64,000 nucleotides of DNA from positions 1-64,000 of IMG/VR virus record IMGVR_UViG_3300037512_000871. One strand, written 5' to 3'. The notes under the pieces are model-generated. The model was given only the letters and a program-made list of their open reading frames with translations, did not search any database and was not told the DNA's origin. The stretch comes from a virus. Taxonomy: Duplodnaviria; Caudoviricetes. Made by a program: the position numbers and the translations under genes. Positions 7,391-17,174 of the stretch are shown here, piece after piece. The stretch's first letter is position 1. The number at the start of each line of letters is the position of its first letter.

Positions 7391-7638
7391 CAATAAAATC
7401 TGATTTGAAATAACCTACAATAAAATTTGAAACCAGACAGCAATAAAATTAGATGCCTACTGAGAACTTTGCAATAATGAGCGTAAAGTTTGCATTATCG
7501 TCTATACTTATGAATATTTATAGACACTTTGGCGCATAACTGGTACGAAAAATGTGCCAAATTACTGCAAAACTGGTTGGAAAAATGTGCCAAAGTGCCA
7601 TTTAAGGGTAATATTTGCACTTTGGATTGCACTTTGGA
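7391..7638. repeat. iteron-like direct repeats
   Basis: CAATAAAATYWGA x3 (7391, 7418, 7441); AACTGGTnnGAAAAATGTGCCAAA x2 (7538, 7571); TTGCACTTTGGA x2. Confidence 0.75.
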
Positions 7639-7754
7639 ATACTTGCTTCAAATACATCAAATATGACGCAATTCTTTATAAAATACGCTCGAAAATGCTA
7701 TATTTGATTGATTGTACGTTTGAAATTTAGTTGACATGTCGAGTTAGTTTATAA

Positions 7755-7795
7755 TAAAAGAGACACGTACAAAAGCTGCATCTAATGTACGTGTC
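7755..7795 (-). terminator. probable intrinsic terminator
   Basis: gacacgtaca/tgtacgtgtc stem followed by UCUUUU on the - strand. Confidence 0.6.
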
Positions 7796-7819
7796 AAAGA
7801 CAAGGAGTCAAATATACGA

Positions 7820-8008
7820 TTAAGAATGTTTTTGTTTCAGTTCATAAAGAAGAGTGGTATATGCAACAATTTCTTCAATGTACTTATATAGCCAGCGTTT
7901 ATCGTCATCGTCAAGTTCAAATGGAATACGATTTATGAGTAATTTCTTTTTGAGAAGGTGGTTTTCATGTTTAAGTCGTGTGTTTTCTTGAATGTAGTAT
8001 TGTTCATT
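7820..8008 (-). CDS. small hypothetical protein (MNEQYY...)
   Basis: Overlaps the stop of the upstream gene. Confidence 0.6.
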   Translation of the reverse strand, partial: NEQYYIQENTRLKHENHLLKKKLLINRIPFELDDDDKRWLYKYIEEIVAYTTLLYELKQKHS

Positions 8009-9233
8009 CATAGCTAATCTCAATGTTATGGCGTGTAAGATTGTGATAGCAGTTTCTCATAAGGGTAATAACAGAGCTAACATCGGATTCACGGCAAATA
8101 CAGGAATCGTGGACAGGAATGATTGGGATATTAATTGATTTGGCAAGTTCAAGGATAGAAAGCATCAGTTCGGAATCGGCGTTTTGAAGTCTGAGACCAA
8201 AGTTATCGTCAGCAAAGAAATGTTCACGGATAGCAGAATGGCGTTCAAGCATTTTGGAGATAGCGAGTTCAACATCAAGGTAATTATATTTGTGTTTGAC
8301 GTAAGGATTTTCAAGGATGGCGTTAATGGCTTGATTTCGTGTTGTGCAGTTAAGAGAGATAAGGATGACCTTCTTGGCAAACTTACGGTCCGATACGAAG
8401 TCATAAGCATCGCCAACAAGTTCTTTTCCGTTAAGGTTGTAGGCAAGGTTGATATGGAGGCAGTGGAAATCCGGTTCGACTGTTGCTTCTCCATTGATTT
8501 CTATGGTCTTTCGTTCAGATTTTTTGAGGGTCTGATACGTAAAACCGTTGCCATCAGTACAGGTAGCATACAGTCTTCCACCATGTTCCCAATCCTCAGT
8601 ATAGACAGATTGAAGGTTGATGCGGAGGCGTTTCTTTTCGTTGTTCTTAATGCAGGTAACAAGGACAGAATCAGAGTAATAAGCGTTCAGGGATTCAATA
8701 GAGTGTTTTTTCGCTAAGATGTTGGTAGGAAGAGAGTTAAAATCAAGTTTAATGTCGTGTTTGTTCTTTTTAAGGCGTATGGTATTGGTGTGTTTGGTGT
8801 TGAAAATATGTTTATGAGCTTTATTTTTGGTATTGAAAATGAAAGTTAAGGCTTCAGTGGCAAAATATCTGGAACGGTAATTGTTTACATTGGAAATCAG
8901 GTCTTTATGTCCCTTGATTTCTTTAAGATAGCCACGATTGACAAGGAAATCAAGGACTGCATTGAGCTTACGGACCGAGATTTTCTGTTCCTTTAAGGTG
9001 GTTGTCTTGTTGTATGCCGCCCAAACGTGACAATCTCTGGACACGTAGAAGCCAGTCCCGCACATTGACGTATAAAGCGCGTTGCACAGGACCATTGTAA
9101 GGTACTTCTTGGCGTCAACAGTATTAATTTCCTTGGCAAACCCATCAATAAGGGGTTCGACTTCCGGGAAATTGAGTTCTGCAATAACGTCAATCGGTTT
9201 GGCTTGTCTGATTTGAGTTGTTTTCGTGTCCAT
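8004..9233 (-). CDS. winged-helix plus PolA/T7-RNAP-fold protein (TV-Pol-like)
   Basis: GGRLY, INGE.TVEPDF (motif A), R.FAK (motif B), LQNADS, PVHDS (motif C); no exonuclease domain. Confidence 0.7.
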   Translation of the reverse strand: MDTKTTQIRQAKPIDVIAELNFPEVEPLIDGFAKEINTVDAKKYLTMVLCNALYTSMCGTGFYVSRDCHVWAAYNKTTTLKEQKISVRKLNAVLDFLVNRGYLKEIKGHKDLISNVNNYRSRYFATEALTFIFNTKNKAHKHIFNTKHTNTIRLKKNKHDIKLDFNSLPTNILAKKHSIESLNAYYSDSVLVTCIKNNEKKRLRINLQSVYTEDWEHGGRLYATCTDGNGFTYQTLKKSERKTIEINGEATVEPDFHCLHINLAYNLNGKELVGDAYDFVSDRKFAKKVILISLNCTTRNQAINAILENPYVKHKYNYLDVELAISKMLERHSAIREHFFADDNFGLRLQNADSELMLSILELAKSINIPIIPVHDSCICRESDVSSVITLMRNCYHNLTRHNIEISYE

Positions 9234-9262
9234 AGGTTGCCTTTTTGTGTTTTACGAGATAT

Positions 9263-9306
9263 AATATAGCACCGTTTCCGAAAAAGTCAAGCGAAAAAGC
9301 AACATT
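9263..9306 (-). promoter_or_regulatory. promoter with upstream AATGTTGC box
   Basis: TTGACT-N16-TATATT; box 8 nt upstream of -35. Confidence 0.75.
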
Positions 9307-9354
9307 TCTACAAACTTTTTTCGATTTTCTTTTTCTTGATTTGGTGTAGTATCT

Positions 9355-9382
9355 AATATAGCACAGAATCTCCAAAAGTCAA
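9355..9382 (-). promoter_or_regulatory. sigma70-type promoter
   Basis: TTGACT-N16-TATATT with TG extension. Confidence 0.75.
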
Positions 9383-9660
9383 ATCCAAATCAAAAAATAA
9401 ATTAGAATATTTGATATATAATTGTCAAACCCTACATATACTATTTACCATATACGCACTACAAGTCACAACCTCTTCATTCTCAGCTACTTACAAAAAC
9501 ACCCTCAATTCCTGCTTATTTTACCTATTTACATTGATTTATGAACAGGTTTTAGACGCATAAATATTACCGTTCGGGCATATTTTAGGTTTTCATTCGG
9601 TAAAATTTCAAAAATGTTACCGTTCGGGAATAAAAAATAAAAATCGAAAAAAGTTATAAA

Positions 9661-9704
9661 TATGTTACTTTTTTGCTTGACTATTTGGTTATTGGTGTTA
9701 TAAT
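9661..9704 (+). promoter_or_regulatory. late-operon promoter with TATGTTAC box
   Basis: TATGTTAC-N8-TTGACT-N16-TATAAT. Confidence 0.8.
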
Positions 9705-9730
9705 ATGTGTTGACTTACTATAGGAGGACT

Positions 9731-10084
9731 ATGCAAAACATACCAATCGAGTTGAACAGACACTATCGGCATGATGAGATTTCCATACAGTGCGGCGAAT
9801 CTGCATACACTTTGGCATTAGAAAACCAAGATGATATTCGCAGACGGTTTGTTCGTAATGAAAACGTCCACTGGTATGTAACTGCAAAGCGTCGTGGGAA
9901 AACTACATTGAGTTATATCGTTGTTCATAAGAAAGACATAACAACTTCTCAGAATGCAGCGAAGCGTACTATCTTTATGAGTTATGAAGAAGCACGTGAA
10001 ATTGCCAACGAACTTATGCACTCTGAAATGTTTTATGCAGTAAATATTGTCGAATGTTATGACAGGGTGGGTGTATGCCTCTAA
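9731..10084 (+). CDS. hypothetical protein upstream of terminase
   Basis: AGGAGG RBS; occupies the terS position but no recognisable motif. Confidence 0.7.
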   Translation: MQNIPIELNRHYRHDEISIQCGESAYTLALENQDDIRRRFVRNENVHWYVTAKRRGKTTLSYIVVHKKDITTSQNAAKRTIFMSYEEAREIANELMHSEMFYAVNIVECYDRVGVCL

Positions 10085-11373
10085 AACTGACAGAAAAACA
10101 AAAATATGGCATGAAATTGCTGAATGACCCAAAATACACGAGAATTGCGTTTACTGGCGGTTCTCGTGCTGGTAAGTCTGTTGCATTTATGGAATTTATG
10201 ATGCAGAGAGCATTTCAATTCCCCGGTTCCAGACAACTCATATGCCGCAGAGCCTTAGTTGATGCAAGACGAGCTATTTGGGAAGATACCTTGAAGAAAT
10301 ATTTGACGGACCAGATACCGGAATCCGAATATACTCTTATGAAATCTGAAATGAGAGTGGTATTCAAGAATGGGTCCACGATTGAATTAGGTGGTCTGGA
10401 TGGTGAGGACCAGTTGCAGAAAATCCTTGGTACTGAGTATCTTACAATATGGCTGAATGAAGCTACTGAAATGCGGTTCGAGGCTGTTACGATTCTGATT
10501 ACTCGTCTGGCTCAATCCGTAAAGGACACCACAGGAACGTTTACAGGGGTCAATAAGCTGATTGCTGACGCTAACCCCTCCTCCCCTCGTAATTGGGTCA
10601 AGAAGTGGTTTATTGACAACGTAGACCCCACCACAAGACCGCCAAAGAAGCTGAAAGACGCAGATAAGTTCGTTCATCTGCATTTTACCCCCTACGATAA
10701 CGCTGAAAACCTGCCACCGGGATATATCGAACAGCTTGACGCACTTCCTTATGAGATGCGGGAAAGAATGCTCAAAGGCAACTGGATTGGCGGTGAGGGT
10801 CAGATATTCAAAGAGTTCAATGCGGAGAAACATTTGATTGCTCCGTTTGAAATACCGAGAACATGGGAAAGGGTGAGAGCCATCGACTTTGGTTATAATC
10901 ACCCTTGCGCCATTTTATATACGGCTTACGATTATTCAACAGATACTATATATGTATATGATGAATATAAGGAATCCGGCAAGACGATTGACGAGATTGC
11001 AGAGTACATGAATAACATGGAGCAGAAGAGGCACGAGTTCTATGATTGCACGTGGTCAGACCATGATAAGTCGGACCGGGCTTTCTTGGCGAAGCATGAT
11101 ATTGTTACAAGGGCGGCGAAAAAGTCGGTCTTGGATGGTATTAATGCGGTACGTCAACGTCTTTCCAGTATAAGCCCTAAGACACATAAACCTAAATTAC
11201 TCATCTTCAACAACTTAGATGCCTTGATTGACGAAATGTACAGTTATGAGTGGCATCAGTCCGAGTCTGAGGTTATGGATAAGGACGCACCAGTCAAGAT
11301 TAATGACGACCTTGTTGATACATTGAGGTATGTTGTTTATGGAAGAGATAAAGACAACGGAATTTCATTATAA
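10075..11373 (+). CDS. terL: terminase large subunit (PBSX-like)
   Basis: GGSRAGKS Walker A, WLNEA Walker B, ANP, IDFG...HP, DDLVD.LRY nuclease motifs. Confidence 0.95.
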   Translation: MPLKLTEKQKYGMKLLNDPKYTRIAFTGGSRAGKSVAFMEFMMQRAFQFPGSRQLICRRALVDARRAIWEDTLKKYLTDQIPESEYTLMKSEMRVVFKNGSTIELGGLDGEDQLQKILGTEYLTIWLNEATEMRFEAVTILITRLAQSVKDTTGTFTGVNKLIADANPSSPRNWVKKWFIDNVDPTTRPPKKLKDADKFVHLHFTPYDNAENLPPGYIEQLDALPYEMRERMLKGNWIGGEGQIFKEFNAEKHLIAPFEIPRTWERVRAIDFGYNHPCAILYTAYDYSTDTIYVYDEYKESGKTIDEIAEYMNNMEQKRHEFYDCTWSDHDKSDRAFLAKHDIVTRAAKKSVLDGINAVRQRLSSISPKTHKPKLLIFNNLDALIDEMYSYEWHQSESEVMDKDAPVKINDDLVDTLRYVVYGRDKDNGISL

Positions 11374-11385
11374 GGAACTTGTTTT

Positions 11386-13014
11386 ATGGATAATTTAGTT
11401 ACTGTAAATACAAACACTGAGGCAGAGACACCGAATGAACGAATCTTCAACCGTGTTAATGCGTATTACATGGCAGTCAGCCCCATTTGGAAGAAAGCCC
11501 TGAAAGCATATAATGGCGGAAAGGACTATCTGAAGGGAACACTCAGGAAGCACCCATCTGAGACGGATGAGGAGTTCAAGGAGCGTGTTGACAACTCCTA
11601 TAACATAAACCTCATTAAATACAGCGTCAAGGAGTTCGGCAATTACATTTTCTCTAAGACGCCACGCAGAAACAATGCAAATGAGGAAATCGTTAAGGAC
11701 TTCGACCGACAGCAGAAGCAGGTCAACGAGGTTATGTGGAATTTGTTCCTGTATCATAACCTGTGCGGTCTTACTTGGGCTTTGGTTGATATGCCGCAGT
11801 TCAAGGGTACTGAGGTTGATATAAGGACAAAACAGGAGCAGAAGATTCGTCCGTGGTGTAAGGTACTTTCTCCGCTTGCCGTTCCTGACTGGTGTTTTGA
11901 TAAGTTCGGCAATTTGGAATGGGTTATTATTGAAGAGTTTGTGGTTGAAAAGGATAACCCATTTGCAGAGCCAAAGCTGATTAAGAAGCGTACCCTTTAC
12001 ACGAAGACATACTATCAGGTGTTCTCGGCAGTCGTTACAAGCCCCACAACCTCAGTCAAGAATAGCGGCATCCGGGTTGGTAGAAGGGTGAAGAATAACA
12101 TTGGTGTCGTTCCAGTCATCCCATACAGCGATTTACTGTTTGACAGGGACTTCAATACACCTGAGATTGCTGACATTCTTACGATTTATGACGCTATTCT
12201 TGCAGGTGAATCGGAACTGCTTACCAATATTCTGAAGCAGACTTATGGGCAGTTGATTCTTCCCATGTCTTCGCACTCTATGGTGAGCAAAGTCAAGGCT
12301 CGTCTGTCTGAGGCTGGTATCGACCCAAATTCTCCGGCTACCACAGCAATCATCACTCAGGAAGTCGGCATGGAACTGTCTCGTACAAAGGCTATTTATG
12401 AAGACGCTGACGAAAAACAGGTTGCAAGATATATTCAACCTGCCGGAGCTACCACGGAATCTATTATCAACCATAATGACAGGCTGCTTGCTCTGACAAT
12501 GAAGATTACCGGATTCCTTGTTGGTGTTTCTACTACACAGCGTGAATCGGCAGACAGCAAAGCGGTTGATAATGCTTCTCTTGCCGCACAGCTCATCCGT
12601 ATTGCAAGCCGTCTTGAGGAAATGGAGTTGAATATCTGGAAGCTGTTTAATATGTTTGATTCTACGATTGCTGTTCCAGAGGTTACATACAGCAAAGATT
12701 ATGATATTCACGAGTTCAAGGCTGTTATTGCTGGTCTTGTTGAGCTTGCGAACATCAATGGCGGCGACAACTTCAAGCAACAGGTTCTCAGGACTGCCGT
12801 TCATGCTATGGATAGTATTCACCGTATTCCTGATGAGACTTACGCACAGATTATGGACGATATTAAATCCGGTAAGACCTCAGAGCTTCCGCCTACATTC
12901 TCCGGCAAAGCTGACTACATTTCTGATACATCCGGGAGTAGACCAGATAACGTTAGAGCGAAGACGGATTATGACGGTTCCAACGAAAAAATAGGAAAAA
13001 CGCAAAAATTGTAA
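11386..13014 (+). CDS. portal protein
   Basis: Position, size, YNGG...ERV..S N-terminal and ESA motifs. Confidence 0.85.
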   Translation: MDNLVTVNTNTEAETPNERIFNRVNAYYMAVSPIWKKALKAYNGGKDYLKGTLRKHPSETDEEFKERVDNSYNINLIKYSVKEFGNYIFSKTPRRNNANEEIVKDFDRQQKQVNEVMWNLFLYHNLCGLTWALVDMPQFKGTEVDIRTKQEQKIRPWCKVLSPLAVPDWCFDKFGNLEWVIIEEFVVEKDNPFAEPKLIKKRTLYTKTYYQVFSAVVTSPTTSVKNSGIRVGRRVKNNIGVVPVIPYSDLLFDRDFNTPEIADILTIYDAILAGESELLTNILKQTYGQLILPMSSHSMVSKVKARLSEAGIDPNSPATTAIITQEVGMELSRTKAIYEDADEKQVARYIQPAGATTESIINHNDRLLALTMKITGFLVGVSTTQRESADSKAVDNASLAAQLIRIASRLEEMELNIWKLFNMFDSTIAVPEVTYSKDYDIHEFKAVIAGLVELANINGGDNFKQQVLRTAVHAMDSIHRIPDETYAQIMDDIKSGKTSELPPTFSGKADYISDTSGSRPDNVRAKTDYDGSNEKIGKTQKL

Positions 13015-13018
13015 TACT

Positions 13019-13062
13019 TATGTTACATTTTTATTTGCAATCTATACGCTTTCCACTATATT
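13019..13062 (+). promoter_or_regulatory. promoter for scaffold/capsid with TATGTTAC box
   Basis: TATGTTAC-N8-TTGCAA-N16-TATATT. Confidence 0.7.
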
Positions 13063-13119
13063 ATGTAACAGCAGACTAAACTGCGATAACAAATGATAAC
13101 ACAATATAAAGGATTCACA

Positions 13120-13752
13120 ATGACTTACGAAGAACTGTCCGCAAAACTCAAAAAAGGAGAACCTCTGACAGAAGAGGAGTTCAAAGAGTTCGGTAAAGTT
13201 ACACGACCGACTGAACGCTTCAATGAGGTTTCCGCAGAAAAACAGAAACTCAACGACCAGATTAAGGAGCTGAACACGCAGATTGAAAATCTCAATGCTG
13301 AAAAGCTCAAGCTCACTCAGCAGAATGATGATGCTTTCAACGCCAAGCTCTCTGAAATCACTGGCGCACTTGAGACACTGAAAGGAGAAAATGAAAACCT
13401 GAAGAATGCGAATCAGAGATATGAGCGTCTTCAGAAGGTCAGCCAGATTGCCAACACAACCTGTAAGACCGTGGCTAATGCTACGTTCAAAGATGCTGAC
13501 TACCTTTCCGTTCTCCTTGAAAGAAAAGGGGTTGACCTTACAAAAGAGGAGGATGTCAAAAAGGCTATTCTTGAACTTAAAGATGAAAAGCCTGAACAGT
13601 TTGTCGTTACAGTCAAGCCCGGAGCTGGTGCAGGTGGTGAACCTAACAACCAGACATCGGGTGAAAAACCTGAGTTCAAAACACAAGAAGAACGAGTTGA
13701 TTTCATAGCTAAACACGGCTTTGAAGAATATAAGAAACTTAAAGGAGATTGA
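13120..13752 (+). CDS. capsid scaffolding protein
   Basis: Coiled coil, ERFNEV motif, P..F..PG.G, position before the capsid gene. Confidence 0.8.
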   Translation: MTYEELSAKLKKGEPLTEEEFKEFGKVTRPTERFNEVSAEKQKLNDQIKELNTQIENLNAEKLKLTQQNDDAFNAKLSEITGALETLKGENENLKNANQRYERLQKVSQIANTTCKTVANATFKDADYLSVLLERKGVDLTKEEDVKKAILELKDEKPEQFVVTVKPGAGAGGEPNNQTSGEKPEFKTQEERVDFIAKHGFEEYKKLKGD

Positions 13753-13754
13753 TT

Positions 13755-14831
13755 ATGGCTATCACACTTCTTTCCGACCTTCTTCCATATGCGAATCAGT
13801 TCCGTGAAGGTTACATTGATTCGATGGTTGAGGCTTCTCGCCTTTTCAACGAAGGCTCCAACGGCGCAATCCGCTTTACCGATTCTGATGCTAAAGGCAC
13901 CCTGACAAAGACTGCCTACTTCAAGGACTTCGGTACTGTCAGTCGGCGCGACATCACTTCTACTTCCGACCAGACCCCGGAAAAGATTGAACGTGATGAA
14001 CATACCATGTTCCGCACCTACTTCAAGCTGAATGCCATTGAATGGCAAGATGAGGCTTTCTGGACCTCTGACCGTATGCAGCAAGACGCCATCATGTATA
14101 TGATTGGTGGTCAGCTTGCCAAGAAGAAGATGCAGGAATCCATCAAACAGGCTATCAACATCGCCTCTACCGCGATTGTCTCTGGTGACGGTGCTACGCA
14201 TAAGACCGTTCTTGACCTGACCTCCCCAAAGCAGAACTTCCTTCAGCCGCAGGTCAACCTTGCGCGTATGAAGTTTGGTGCTGAGTATGGTCGCCTCAAG
14301 ATTATGGTCATGCATTCCAGCGTGTTCTTCGCTCTGGTTCAGAACCAGACCCTCAACTATATGTATGACCTCGGTGGCGGCGTTACGCTCTACGGTGGCA
14401 TCCCCGCTACTATGGGTATGCCGTTCATCGTGTCCGACCAGCCGTCCCTTATCTATACGGACGGTGATGATGTCTTCTACAAGACCCTGCTTCTGACTGA
14501 TTCTGCCATCACTCTGGCTGACGCTGGTCCTATTCGCGCCAACCTTCAGACCATCGGCGGCAAGGAAAACATTTCCCATCTGTATCAGGCTGAATGGTCT
14601 ATGTGGAACAACGTCAAGGGCTATCAGCTCAAGGCTGCTGCCAATCCGCAGAGCAACCCGTCTGACAGCACTCTGACCACATCCTCGAATTGGGAGCAGT
14701 GGGTTTCTGACACCAAGAATACCGCTGGTGTTCTTGTTAAGTCCATCGCTGACCCGGCTTCCATCCAGCAGGTCATTAACGTGCGTTACGTTTCTGATGA
14801 CGCTGGTTCCGGTTCTGGCTCCGGCTCCTAA
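13755..14831 (+). CDS. major capsid protein (C-terminus GSGSGSGS)
   Basis: FNEGSNGAI, VMHS, G.P.IVSD, KGY, W...KNTAGV; high-expression codon bias. Confidence 0.9.
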   Translation: MAITLLSDLLPYANQFREGYIDSMVEASRLFNEGSNGAIRFTDSDAKGTLTKTAYFKDFGTVSRRDITSTSDQTPEKIERDEHTMFRTYFKLNAIEWQDEAFWTSDRMQQDAIMYMIGGQLAKKKMQESIKQAINIASTAIVSGDGATHKTVLDLTSPKQNFLQPQVNLARMKFGAEYGRLKIMVMHSSVFFALVQNQTLNYMYDLGGGVTLYGGIPATMGMPFIVSDQPSLIYTDGDDVFYKTLLLTDSAITLADAGPIRANLQTIGGKENISHLYQAEWSMWNNVKGYQLKAAANPQSNPSDSTLTTSSNWEQWVSDTKNTAGVLVKSIADPASIQQVINVRYVSDDAGSGSGSGS

Positions 14832-14846
14832 TCGGAACTGATTGTG

Positions 14847-14886
14847 GATGGTGTGGGACCTTGAAATCCCACACCATCTATATTTC
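14847..14886 (+). terminator. terminator-like hairpin after capsid gene
   Basis: 12-bp stem gatggtgtggga/tcccacaccatc. Confidence 0.75.
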
Positions 14887-14899
14887 ATAAGGAATTGAC

Positions 14900-15355
14900 A
14901 TGAAGTTTAGTATACCGACTATTCTGTACGACCCGGAAACATTCCCCCAAGCACAAATCTACGCAGAAGTATGGGGTATCTACGCAAAAGATTTATCCTC
15001 ATTGTTAAAATGGAATAGCATTAAGCCAGAGCATTTTGATTACGGTGATATTTACTTCGCTGTACGAAATGACAAATATAAACAAATTGAAGATGAACAT
15101 AAGAAGTATTTTCACTGCGAGTACCTTGAAGACTTACCGGATTATAGGGGTTGCGATAGATACAAAAAGTATGCAGAATTAGTGAAGACTGGACTTCATG
15201 TTTTTGAGGACATGAGGAAGATGCTTGCAGACAGGGCTTACCAAAAAGAAGTTGCTGAAAAAGAGAAAAACGGTGAGTATCTGGATGAAAAGCCCAGTGA
15301 AAAGTTGTCTCCGAAAGTCAAAAAATCGTTGAAGAAGAGAGGGTTACATGCTTAA
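14900..15355 (+). CDS. hypothetical protein
   Basis: RBS, in operon. Confidence 0.75.
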   Translation: MKFSIPTILYDPETFPQAQIYAEVWGIYAKDLSSLLKWNSIKPEHFDYGDIYFAVRNDKYKQIEDEHKKYFHCEYLEDLPDYRGCDRYKKYAELVKTGLHVFEDMRKMLADRAYQKEVAEKEKNGEYLDEKPSEKLSPKVKKSLKKRGLHA

Positions 15356-15893
15356 TACAGTTGAAATGGCAGATTCGTACTTTGCCTCTAATTTCTTCTA
15401 CAAGGACACGTGGGCTGGAATTGATGAAGAAGATAAGAAGTCACTCATAGAAACTGCCGAGAGAGACGTCAACGCTTATCTTATGGCTCAGGACGTTGAT
15501 ATTAATGTGGTCTATAATACCTTTTTAAGCACACACCATACAAACGACCTTACATTCTGGGTGTGCGGCAATCAGGCTATTTATTATACAGACAATACGA
15601 CTTCTTGGGGTACTGAAACAACCACGTTACCAAGATTTAAGCCTACTTGCTACCAATGTGCAGTGTTTGAGTGGGCTATTTTTATTTTCATGCACAAGGA
15701 CGCTATTTTGAAGGCGTTTGATGATATTGGACGTGATGCTACAAGCGTTAAGGTGGACAACATTGGTGCTGAGACTTATTGGACACGTAGAACTGACGGT
15801 TTGCAGTCTGATAAATATATGCAGATTTTCAAGAAATCCCCAGCTATGCGCTTTTTAGATATGATACCAAAGAACATAAGGATTATACGCTGA
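15348..15893 (+). CDS. head-tail adaptor protein
   Basis: TVE.ADSYF...W...K...L..A...VN pattern; position. Confidence 0.7.
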   Translation: MLNTVEMADSYFASNFFYKDTWAGIDEEDKKSLIETAERDVNAYLMAQDVDINVVYNTFLSTHHTNDLTFWVCGNQAIYYTDNTTSWGTETTTLPRFKPTCYQCAVFEWAIFIFMHKDAILKAFDDIGRDATSVKVDNIGAETYWTRRTDGLQSDKYMQIFKKSPAMRFLDMIPKNIRIIR

Positions 15894-16294
15894 TGTTTGA
15901 AGTTCTGAAAGAGCCTCGGAATCGAATGATAATCCGAGAGTGCGTTTATGATAGAGACGGTGATTTTGTTTGCAGTTTCGATATTGGTGAGTGTTACGGA
16001 ATCTTTACAAAACGAGAAGCCGCTGATATTGAGGCAGATACAGCAAATAGAAACGCGAATGAATCTGTCGGCGTGTTCTATAAATACTTTGGTGTTCAGG
16101 AAAAGGTGATTGATAAAAAGACTTATACCTCTATATTTGATGAGCCTTTTGTTACTACTGGCGAAAGAACCTGCGTTGCAATATGGAGAGGCAAGGCTTA
16201 CACAATCACAAAGGTTGGTTACAGTTACGATGTTCACGGAAACTTTGTGGGCTTCAAGCTGTGGAGCAGTAATGAGAATGTGAAGTTCTATTGA
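15893..16294 (+). CDS. putative head-closure protein
   Basis: Position; beta-rich, G.AYTI. Confidence 0.5.
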   Translation: MFEVLKEPRNRMIIRECVYDRDGDFVCSFDIGECYGIFTKREAADIEADTANRNANESVGVFYKYFGVQEKVIDKKTYTSIFDEPFVTTGERTCVAIWRGKAYTITKVGYSYDVHGNFVGFKLWSSNENVKFY

Positions 16295-16301
16295 GGTTTA
16301 T

Positions 16302-17174
16302 ATGGCTTACGATTGGTCTGCATCACGCGCACCAGATGCGTTCACTAAGAATTACAGTGCTACACATCCTTTTGTCTCTGAAACGGACTTTGGTGCGGCT
16401 GTATCTGGGTTGAATCATAATTTAGCCAAGAAGACCAACAGCCTTCTTCATTCCATAAAATATAAAGGAATGACAATAAACCTGAATTTTACACAGAGGG
16501 GATTGACACCTACGGACTTAGCTCGGCTTGGTTATGCTTCTCTTATGCGCTACGTTATGGTGCTTGCGAATAGAATGGTTGAGGTAGCGCGTTGCATCAC
16601 ACCTGAGTTCAAATATGACGGTTCAAATCCAAACTCCCTTTCTAACAGCATACGGTACATTTTAGGCACTACAAGAAATCAGGCTACATTTACGATTGGT
16701 GTTGACGCTGATAACTGGAAGTCTGATTATGATGAGGCGTTCAAGGAAGCGTACCACACTAACGTGATTCCGTGGGGTTCGATGGCTGATAAAAACCTGC
16801 TTCTTTACAGATTACATGAATGGTGGGGCGAATCGTTCCCCAAAGAATCGGAAAACAGCCGGGTTGCCACAAAAATGGGTACACTGCCAGCCATCGAAAG
16901 AGCAAGGGAGAAAACCAGTGCCATGTCAAGCAACGCCTACGGTATGCCTGTTGGTGGCAAGTTTCTGTATAGAGCTGTTCAGGCTGTCTGGACTAAAGAT
17001 GCTCACAGGGATAGCCTACAGAAAGTTGTGTTCAGCAGTATGTTCAAGGAAGAGCTTGGCGCTTCGGTTCTCGGTACATTCGGTAATTTCGGTATGTTCT
17101 CAGGCAAAGATGCGTTCAAGCCGGAGACACTCACAAACGTTATTTCTCACATACACTTGAAGGATTGGCTATGA
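16302..17174 (+). CDS. putative neck/tail-completion protein
   Basis: Position; LHE...GGKFL.RA resembles HK97 gp10-like ends. Confidence 0.5.
   Translation: MAYDWSASRAPDAFTKNYSATHPFVSETDFGAAVSGLNHNLAKKTNSLLHSIKYKGMTINLNFTQRGLTPTDLARLGYASLMRYVMVLANRMVEVARCITPEFKYDGSNPNSLSNSIRYILGTTRNQATFTIGVDADNWKSDYDEAFKEAYHTNVIPWGSMADKNLLLYRLHEWWGESFPKESENSRVATKMGTLPAIERAREKTSAMSSNAYGMPVGGKFLYRAVQAVWTKDAHRDSLQKVVFSSMFKEELGASVLGTFGNFGMFSGKDAFKPETLTNVISHIHLKDWL

Noticed and set aside
7731-7755. + strand TTGACA...TATAAT promoter
   Set aside because: Spacer is only 13 bp and there is no downstream + strand gene.
13500-14888. 462-aa antisense ORF over the capsid gene
   Set aside because: Shadow of the biased codon usage of a highly expressed gene; no RBS or motifs.
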